32,480 nucleotides of DNA from Acidobacteriota bacterium. GTDB lineage: Bacteria > Acidobacteriota > UBA6911 > JACQSX01. The stretch covers positions 1 through 32,480 of the forward strand of contig DASXQR010000143.1 in NCBI GenBank assembly GCA_036507075.1, read 5' to 3'. The stretch's first letter is position 1. Each line of letters begins with the position of its first letter. Positions 26,119-32,480 of this stretch are shown piece by piece. Position numbers and translations under genes: made by a program. The notes beneath the pieces were generated by a model. It did no database searches. It saw only the letters and a list, made by a program, of their open reading frames with translations, and was not told the DNA's origin.

Positions 26119-26985
26119 ATGCCTGATGTGGAAATCGGCGTCCTGGGGGGAAGCGGGCTTTATGCCATCGAGGCCCTCCAGGACATTGAAGAATTCGCTG
26201 TGACCACGCCCTTTGGAGAGCCGTCGGACAAGTATTTCATCGGGACGCTGCATGGCCGGCGGGTGGCATTTCTGCCGCGGCATGGAAGGGGTCACCGCCA
26301 CCTTCCTTCCGAATTGAATTTTCGCGCCAACATCTACGGCTTCAAGAGCCTGGGCGTGAATCGAATTATTTCGGCAAGCGCCGTCGGATCGATGAAAGTC
26401 GAGTTAAAGCCGATGGACATCGTCTTGCCCGATCAGTTTATCGACCGGACCTACGCCCGCAAGTCCACCTTTTTTGGAAACGGAGTGGTGGGACATGTCT
26501 CCTTCGCGGATCCGATTTGCCGTCAATTGTCGGACATAGTGCAGAGGGGCGCGAACGGCGCCGGGCTGCCCGTCAAAAGGGGAGGCACATATGTCTGCAT
26601 CGAAGGCCCGCAGTTTTCCACCCGCGCCGAATCGCTGCTGTACCGATCCTGGGGAGTAGACCTTATCGGAATGACCAATCTGCAGGAAGCCAAGCTGGCC
26701 CGAGAAGCGGAAATCTGTTACTGCACCATAGCGCTGGTGACCGACTACGACTGCTGGCATGAAACGGAAGAGCCGGTGACAGCGGAAATGGTGATCGCCT
26801 GCCTTCAGAAAAACGCGGAGAACGCAAAAAAGCTGATCGGGGCGGCCGTGGCTGCGATGCCTTCCGCGTACCGCTGCGGTTGTCATGATGCGCTCAAGTT
26901 TTCCATCTTAACCGACCCGGCGATGATCAGCACGGAAAGCCGGACCAACCTGGCCTTGATCCTGAACAAATATCTGGGGAAATAG
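26119..26985 (+). CDS. mtnP: S-methyl-5'-thioadenosine phosphorylase
   Basis: GVLGGSG, TPFGEPSD, RHGRGH, SAVGS, PDQFIDRT, EGPQFSTRAES, GMTNLQEAKLAREAE and VTDYDCW; GAGGAG SD. Confidence 0.95.
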   Translation: MPDVEIGVLGGSGLYAIEALQDIEEFAVTTPFGEPSDKYFIGTLHGRRVAFLPRHGRGHRHLPSELNFRANIYGFKSLGVNRIISASAVGSMKVELKPMDIVLPDQFIDRTYARKSTFFGNGVVGHVSFADPICRQLSDIVQRGANGAGLPVKRGGTYVCIEGPQFSTRAESLLYRSWGVDLIGMTNLQEAKLAREAEICYCTIALVTDYDCWHETEEPVTAEMVIACLQKNAENAKKLIGAAVAAMPSAYRCGCHDALKFSILTDPAMISTESRTNLALILNKYLGK

Positions 26986-26987
26986 TT

Positions 26988-27899
26988 ATGGCCATTCTGG
27001 CTGTGGGCAGTGTGGCGTATGACAGTGTGCGCACGCCTTTTGGCAATGCCGACAATGTGCTTGGCGGGTCGGCCACTTATTTTTCGGTGGCCGCCAGTTA
27101 TTTCAGCGAAGTGGCGGTGGTGGCCGTCGTAGGGGAAGATTTTCGGGAAGGCGACGTGGAAGTTTTTCGCCAGCGCGGCATCGACATCGACGGGCTGGAG
27201 AGAGCAAAAGGAAGCACCTTTCGTTGGTCCGGCGAGTATGGTTTTGCGCTGAACGATTGCAAAACCCTCGATACTCAATTGAATGTCTTTGCCGAGTTCA
27301 AGCCGAAGCTGGCGCAAAAGCATCGAAGCGCAGAATTTGTGTTTTTGGGAAATATCAGTCCCGACCTGCAACGAGAAGTAGTGCAGCAGGTCGAGCGACC
27401 CAGGCTGATCGCCTGCGATACAATGAATTTCTGGATTGAAAAGCAGTTCAAGTCGCTGCTTGAGACTCTCAAGCTGGTTGACGTGCTGCTTATCAACGAT
27501 GCTGAAACGCGACAACTGGCCAATGAGTCCAATTTGTACCGGGCCGGACGGAAGATTCTTTCCTGGGGACCGAAGGCGCTGGTGATCAAACGGGGGGAAT
27601 ATGGAGTGCTGATGCTAAAAGATAAATCCGTCTTCGGCGTGCCTGCATTCCCGTTGGAGGATGTCTTCGACCCCACCGGCGCCGGGGACAGTTTTGCCGG
27701 AGGTTTTGTGGGTTTCCTGGCCGGCTCGGGTGATTTATCGGAGGCAGGAATTCGAAAAGCCATCATCTTTGGCTCGGTTATGGCATCTTTTAATGTGGAG
27801 AAGTTCAGTCTGGACCGGCTCAGGGAACTCACGTTCACGGACATCCAGAAGCGTTTCAAGGAATTCAAGCAACTGACCCAGTTTGAAGACATTCAATAG
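26988..27899 (+). CDS. PfkB-family carbohydrate/nucleoside kinase
   Basis: LGGSATY, DTMNFWI, KRGEYG and DPTGAGDSFAGG (PfkB signature 2). Confidence 0.93.
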   Translation: MAILAVGSVAYDSVRTPFGNADNVLGGSATYFSVAASYFSEVAVVAVVGEDFREGDVEVFRQRGIDIDGLERAKGSTFRWSGEYGFALNDCKTLDTQLNVFAEFKPKLAQKHRSAEFVFLGNISPDLQREVVQQVERPRLIACDTMNFWIEKQFKSLLETLKLVDVLLINDAETRQLANESNLYRAGRKILSWGPKALVIKRGEYGVLMLKDKSVFGVPAFPLEDVFDPTGAGDSFAGGFVGFLAGSGDLSEAGIRKAIIFGSVMASFNVEKFSLDRLRELTFTDIQKRFKEFKQLTQFEDIQ

Positions 27900-27960
27900 C
27901 AGGACTTGTGAAAAAATCAGTACCGCGACCCGTCAGGGCGCGCAGGGAGAATCCAGGGAG

Positions 27961-29442
27961 ATGCGGCGTAGTCTTTTTATATTGTTATTTGTTTTAGTGC
28001 CATTCACCAATTCGCTTTCCTATTCGCAGACGCCGCGGAAGACGCCGCGCAAGCCCCCAACGTCTTCCTCAACTACCCGGAAAGCAACCGGGCCAACGCC
28101 ACAGCAACTGGAGGCTGAAAAGTACTTCAAGCAGGCTGAGGACCTGGTGGGTACGGCCAGCGAGAATTCCGAACAACAGATTGCACTTTTTGAGAAGGCG
28201 CTGGCGCTGGATCCTGACCTGATTTCCGCTGAATTCAACTTAGGAGTGATTCACAGCCGGCTGCGAAATCATCAGAAAGCAGTGGATCACTTCAGCAGGG
28301 CGCTGCAGAAAATCCCGCCGGACCAGCCCGGCGCGGTCAACGCTCATTATATGGCAGCGGCCAATCTGAAGGCGCTTGGAAAGCCGGCCGAAGCTCGCGA
28401 CCACCTGCAAAAAGCGCTGGCTGTGAATCCCAAACACGCCGACGCTCTCAGCCTGTTAGGGGGCATTTACCTGGAAGAGGGGAAGGTCGACGAGGCAAAG
28501 GGCATCCTGGAGAAGTCAATCCAGGCGGAGACGAAAGTCCCTGAGGCCTTTTACAACCTGGCTTTGATTGCGCACAAACTCGGACAGACGGAGGACGCTC
28601 TGAGGTATTACCAGAAGTTCGTTGAATTGATGCCTGACAACGCCAAGGCCCAGTTGAACCTGGCAATCCTGATGGCGCAGCACGACCGTATGCAGGAGGC
28701 GGCCAAATACGCGCGCAAGGCCGTCGAGCTGGAGCCAAAAAACCCTGAAGCCTGGTTGGAACTGGGCAAGATCGACATGCTGACCGACAAGCAGGCCGAA
28801 GGCGAAGCGGCGTTCCTGAATGCGACCCGGCTGGATCCCAAATGGTCCGATGCGCATCGCTTGCTCCTCGATTCTTATATGCGGCAGAACAAGCTGGCCG
28901 AGGCAAACGCGGTCCTTCTGGAGGCCGCCAAAAGCAACCCCGGCGAGGCCGAAGTCCACACCCGTACCGGAGAGTTGGCAATGCGCGCCGGTGACGTTAT
29001 CCGGGCTCTGCAATCGTATGGTAAGGCTTACGAGCTGAAACCGAATCCGAACACAGCTTTTGATTTCGCCACGGCTTACGCACGCCACGGCATGGAACCT
29101 CTGGCGGAGCAGTACTTCAATGAAGCGCTGCGCATGAAGCCGGACTTTGCGGAAGCCTGGTTCAATCTCGGCATTCTTAAGGACCGGCAGAAAGATACGG
29201 CCGAGGCGCTGAACAGCTACAGAAAGGCGGAAGTTAACGGCCTGCGCGAGGGCCTGCTGTACTACCGTCTCGGATTTCTTTACGCGCGCAGCAATCAGAC
29301 CGAGCAGGCGCTCGCGTATCTGGGTAAAGCCATTCAAACCGACCCGACCTGGAAAAATCGCCTGCGGGAAGACCTGAAAGCGGTCACGTCCGATCTGGAT
29401 AGCATCCGATATAAACCGGAGTTCCAGAAGCTGCTGCAGTGA
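27961..29442 (+). CDS. Exported tetratricopeptide-repeat protein
   Basis: Signal peptide MRRSLFILLFVLVPFTNSLSYS, a basic Pro/Thr linker and many TPR units (AEFNLG, ALSLLG, AFYNLA, AWLELG, AWFNLG, YYRLG); AGGGAG SD. Confidence 0.9.
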   Translation: MRRSLFILLFVLVPFTNSLSYSQTPRKTPRKPPTSSSTTRKATGPTPQQLEAEKYFKQAEDLVGTASENSEQQIALFEKALALDPDLISAEFNLGVIHSRLRNHQKAVDHFSRALQKIPPDQPGAVNAHYMAAANLKALGKPAEARDHLQKALAVNPKHADALSLLGGIYLEEGKVDEAKGILEKSIQAETKVPEAFYNLALIAHKLGQTEDALRYYQKFVELMPDNAKAQLNLAILMAQHDRMQEAAKYARKAVELEPKNPEAWLELGKIDMLTDKQAEGEAAFLNATRLDPKWSDAHRLLLDSYMRQNKLAEANAVLLEAAKSNPGEAEVHTRTGELAMRAGDVIRALQSYGKAYELKPNPNTAFDFATAYARHGMEPLAEQYFNEALRMKPDFAEAWFNLGILKDRQKDTAEALNSYRKAEVNGLREGLLYYRLGFLYARSNQTEQALAYLGKAIQTDPTWKNRLREDLKAVTSDLDSIRYKPEFQKLLQ

Positions 29443-29444
29443 AG

Positions 29445-29502
29445 ATTGAGCGGGGGAGTGGGAGCGCCGGCGCTCCCACTCTCCCACTCCCCCACTCTCA
29501 AT
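29445..29502. terminator. Family C palindrome between convergent genes; probable bidirectional 3'-end hairpin
   Basis: Perfect 26-bp palindrome gagtgggagcgccggcgctcccactc (29456-29481). There is no U-tract, so intrinsic termination is not certain. Confidence 0.5.
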
Positions 29503-30763
29503 AAAGAAGATACCGCGCGCGCCTGGCCTTGAACGCCTGCAGCTCCGGTTGCCAGGAGTGGAGGATTTCGTCTGCCGTCGCGTCTGTTTCGATCATCTTG
29601 CGGGTCTTGTCTGATCCTGCCAGCCTGTCAAAACTCCTCTCCAGGAACTGAAACCGGTCGGGATGATTCTTTCTGATCGCAATCAGAACCTCCAGAACCG
29701 CGCGGAAAGGATCGAGCTTGTCTCTATCCAGGATGTGCATCTGCACTCCATGGCAGATCTCATCTTTGTGCTTTGACAGCGAAGGCTGGAAGCGGACCGG
29801 ACGAAAATACACGCCCTGGATCCTTGCCGCATTTAGCTGTCCTGCCAGCTTGAACTCGTCAATCCATGGCGCTCCGACCCATTCAAACGGATGCGTAGTG
29901 CCGCGCCCTTCGCTCAGATTTGTCCCTTCAATCCAGCAGAAGCCCGGGTAGAGAATGGCCGTGTCGAGCGTCGGTATATTGGGTGAAGGGCTCACCCATG
30001 ACAATTTGGTTTGATCGAACCACTCGCTGCGGCCCCAGTTTTTGAGCGTCATTACCCGCAGCTTGCAGCCGATCTTCTCTTCGCTGTTCAAGAAGCCCGC
30101 CAGTTCGCCTGATGTCATTCCGTATCGCACGGGCGCCGCATATGCTCCCACAAACGAACGAAAAGCTGGATCAAGCATCGGCCCTTCCACCCTGTCCCCA
30201 CGAATGGGATTGGGCCGATCGAGTACCACCATCTGAATCCCGTTTCGGGCCGCCGAGCGCATAGCGGCCTGCAGTGTTGCCGTGTAGGTATAAAACCTCA
30301 CTCCCAGATCCTGAATATCAAAGACAATCGCGTCGATGCCCTTGAGCATCTCGGGGGCAGGCTCGCGCGTTTCGCCGTACAGGCTGTAAACAGGAAGAGC
30401 AGTGGCCGGATCGATTTCACTTTTGATTTGCACGCCTGCCTGGGCGATTCCCATTAATCCATGCTCCGGTGAAAGCAGCGCCGCAAGGTGAAAGCGGGGA
30501 TCGGCATGCAGCAGATCAGCGGTTCTTTTTAGAGCAGAGTTCGTCCCGGTGTGGTTGGTGAGCAGCGCCACGTTTTTTCCGCGCAGCCAGTCAAGTGCCT
30601 GCAGTTGATCGCTGCCGAGCAGGATTCTCAGCCGGGGAGCGGCAAGAACGCAGAAAAAAGCACCACAAAGGCACAAAGAACACAAAGAGATCCCGCGCAG
30701 TCTTCCTGTCTGTCGTGCAGCAAACCGACAACGTCTCAGTCTTTTAGCAGGGTTTTCTAACAT
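29498..30763 (-). CDS. DUF1343/NamZ-family exo-beta-N-acetylmuramidase (start uncertain)
   Basis: LLTNHTG, SPEHG, YSLYG, FDIQDLGVRFYTY, VLDRPNP, RYGMTSGELA, SPSPNIP and SEGRGTTHPFE. Confidence 0.92.
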   Translation of the reverse strand: MLENPAKRLRRCRFAARQTGRLRGISLCSLCLCGAFFCVLAAPRLRILLGSDQLQALDWLRGKNVALLTNHTGTNSALKRTADLLHADPRFHLAALLSPEHGLMGIAQAGVQIKSEIDPATALPVYSLYGETREPAPEMLKGIDAIVFDIQDLGVRFYTYTATLQAAMRSAARNGIQMVVLDRPNPIRGDRVEGPMLDPAFRSFVGAYAAPVRYGMTSGELAGFLNSEEKIGCKLRVMTLKNWGRSEWFDQTKLSWVSPSPNIPTLDTAILYPGFCWIEGTNLSEGRGTTHPFEWVGAPWIDEFKLAGQLNAARIQGVYFRPVRFQPSLSKHKDEICHGVQMHILDRDKLDPFRAVLEVLIAIRKNHPDRFQFLERSFDRLAGSDKTRKMIETDATADEILHSWQPELQAFKARRARYLLY

Positions 30764-30910
30764 ACTTCCAAGTGCGGATTTCGGAATGCGGAATATGTCA
30801 ACTTAAGTCTGCCGAGGCGAGACTATCGCCGAGACAAAATTACTGCTTATTCCGCATTCCGCATTCCGAAATCCGCATTTTTGGGCGCCGGATTGTGTCT
30901 TTGTGGTGAA
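30661..30910. repeat. Nested repeat: family B arms (30661-30689; 30895-30910) enclosing family A hairpin copy 4 (30770-30882)
   Basis: caccacaaaggcacaaagaacacaaag ... aagtgcggatttcggaatgcggaata ... tattccgcattccgcattccgaaatccgcattt ... tgtgtctttgtggtgaa. Confidence 0.88.
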
Positions 30911-30912
30911 CT

Positions 30913-32328
30913 TCATACTCCGAATACGAAGCACTTGCACACCTTGGTCTCCGGGATCACTTTGGAAGGGTTGCAGAGACCTTCAGGGTTGAATACTGTC
31001 CGTATTCTTTCCATTACCGCCAGATCGTCGGGGGTGAAGATCAGCGACATGTAGTCTCGTTTCTCCAGGCCTACTCCGTGTTCACCGGTAAGCGTGCCGC
31101 CCGCATCTACACAGATGCGCACGATCTCGTCGGAAGCGGCGAGCACTTTCTCCACGTCTCCCGGTATTTTTTCATTGTACAGGAGCAGCGGATGCAGGTT
31201 GCCATCCCCGGCGTGGAAGACGCTGGTGATCATCAGCTTGTACTTTTCGGCCACTGCGTAAACCTTCTGCAGTACCTCGGGAAGGCGGGTGCGCGGGACC
31301 ACGGTGTCCTGCAAATAAAGATTGGCGTTCAGTCTCCCCATGGCGCCAAACGACCCCTTGCGGCCGGCCCAAAGCTGCTTCCGTTCTTTTTCCGTCCTGG
31401 CCTCACGCACTTGATAAGCGGCCGAATCGGCCAGCACTTTTTCCACGCGCTCCGCCTGATCGTCTACTTCGGCAACAAGCCCGTCCAGTTCGACCAGCAA
31501 TACTGCGGCCGCGTCGGTCGGGTACCCGGCGGCATAAACGGACGCCTCCACCGCTTTTACCGTGAGATGATCCATCATCTCAAGCGCGGCCGGCAGGACG
31601 CCGGAGGCGATAATGCGGCTCACCGCTTCTCCCGCCGTGACCACGGAATGGAAGGCGGCCAGGTAGGTTCGCACCGATTGCGGCTTGCGCATGATGCGAA
31701 GCCACAGCCGCGTGGCAATTCCCAGAGTTCCTTCTGAACCGGTGAACAAACCTGCCAGATCGTAGCCCTCGTCGCGGTACGGAGATCCAAGCTGGACAAT
31801 CCGGCCGTCGGGCAGGACGACTTCCAGCGCGAGCACGTGATGCACGGTTACGCCGTACTTCAAACAATGAGGACCGCCGGAGTTCTCCGCTACATTTCCC
31901 CCCACGGTCGAGCTTACCTGGCTGGAGGGATCAGGCGCGAAGTAATAGCCTGAAGAGCTGAGCTTTTCGCTCAGCGCCAGGTTGATCACTCCCGGCTCGC
32001 ACACCACGAATTCGTTCTCCAGGTCAATCTCCAGAATCTTATTCATGCGCGCCAGCTCGAGCACGATCCCGCCCTGAACCGAAATGGCGCCGCCGCTCAA
32101 GCCCGTACCTGCGCCGCGCGGCAGGAAAGGGATGCGATGGCGATTAGCGATCTGCACCACCTCTGAAATTTGCTGCGCGCTCTCGACGAAAACCACCAGG
32201 TGCGGAGAACGGCGGTGAAACGTAAGCCCGTCGCATTCATAGAGGATCAGCTCCGACTTGTCGGCAATCACGTTGTGAGCGCCCAGGAGGCGGTTCAAAT
32301 CCGAAACGACGGTCTGGAGAGTGGACAT
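30913..32328 (-). CDS. glcD: FAD-linked oxidase, glycolate oxidase subunit GlcD-like
   Basis: PRGAGTGLSGG, PDPSSQ, GGNVAENSGGPHCLKYG, GSEGTLG, FHAGDGNLHP and GEHGVG. Confidence 0.85.
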   Translation of the reverse strand: MSTLQTVVSDLNRLLGAHNVIADKSELILYECDGLTFHRRSPHLVVFVESAQQISEVVQIANRHRIPFLPRGAGTGLSGGAISVQGGIVLELARMNKILEIDLENEFVVCEPGVINLALSEKLSSSGYYFAPDPSSQVSSTVGGNVAENSGGPHCLKYGVTVHHVLALEVVLPDGRIVQLGSPYRDEGYDLAGLFTGSEGTLGIATRLWLRIMRKPQSVRTYLAAFHSVVTAGEAVSRIIASGVLPAALEMMDHLTVKAVEASVYAAGYPTDAAAVLLVELDGLVAEVDDQAERVEKVLADSAAYQVREARTEKERKQLWAGRKGSFGAMGRLNANLYLQDTVVPRTRLPEVLQKVYAVAEKYKLMITSVFHAGDGNLHPLLLYNEKIPGDVEKVLAASDEIVRICVDAGGTLTGEHGVGLEKRDYMSLIFTPDDLAVMERIRTVFNPEGLCNPSKVIPETKVCKCFVFGV

Positions 32329-32342
32329 CTAAAAAAGATATA

Positions 32343-32480
32343 ACCACAAAGAAACGAAGAATACAAAGGCTGCACTTGAATGCGGAATGCGGAATACGGA
32401 ATGCGGAATACATCCAAGTCAACTCTTGGAAAACTGGGGCGAAGGTTACGGTCTATTCCGCATTCCCAAATCCGCATTTG
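32343..32480. repeat. Family B arm plus family A hairpin copy 5 (runs to the window edge)
   Basis: accacaaagaaacgaagaatacaaag; aatgcggaatgcggaatacggaatgcggaata ... tattccgcattcccaaatccgcatttg. Confidence 0.85.

Overview
GC-rich bacterial window. The gene content (mtnP-pfkB pair, gnd-zwf-opcA-pgl, a small Cys/His secreted protein) and the repeat-laden intergenic DNA are compatible with Acidobacteriota, but this taxon is an inference. Left end: tRNA-Lys(TTT) and tRNA-Glu(TTC) on the minus strand with a sigma70-type promoter. 461-12460 (minus): a 13-gene, largely translationally coupled biosynthetic locus encoding, in order, a GT87-like membrane glycosyltransferase, a small ORF ending in a RAPP ribosome-arrest-like motif, an acyl carrier protein, a Twitch/SPASM radical SAM enzyme, an MGDG-synthase-like GT28, a CE4 deacetylase, an ABC-2 exporter (2 genes), a second GT28, a PaaK-like adenylating ligase, a HAD phosphatase, a class III aminotransferase and an MBL-fold hydrolase. 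I do not recognise it as a described pathway; it looks like a route to an acylated amino-glycolipid or glycoconjugate, possibly under arrest-peptide control. The rest is mostly housekeeping: glpK-glpF; acyl-CoA dehydrogenase-meaB-mce-MBL hydrolase-glk; gnd-zwf-opcA-pgl; mtnP-pfkB-TPR; a NamZ/DUF1343 protein; and a glcD-like oxidase. Most long intergenic gaps outside the GT87-radical SAM region hold inverted, often nested arrays of 7-9 nt tandem repeats and REP-like palindromes.
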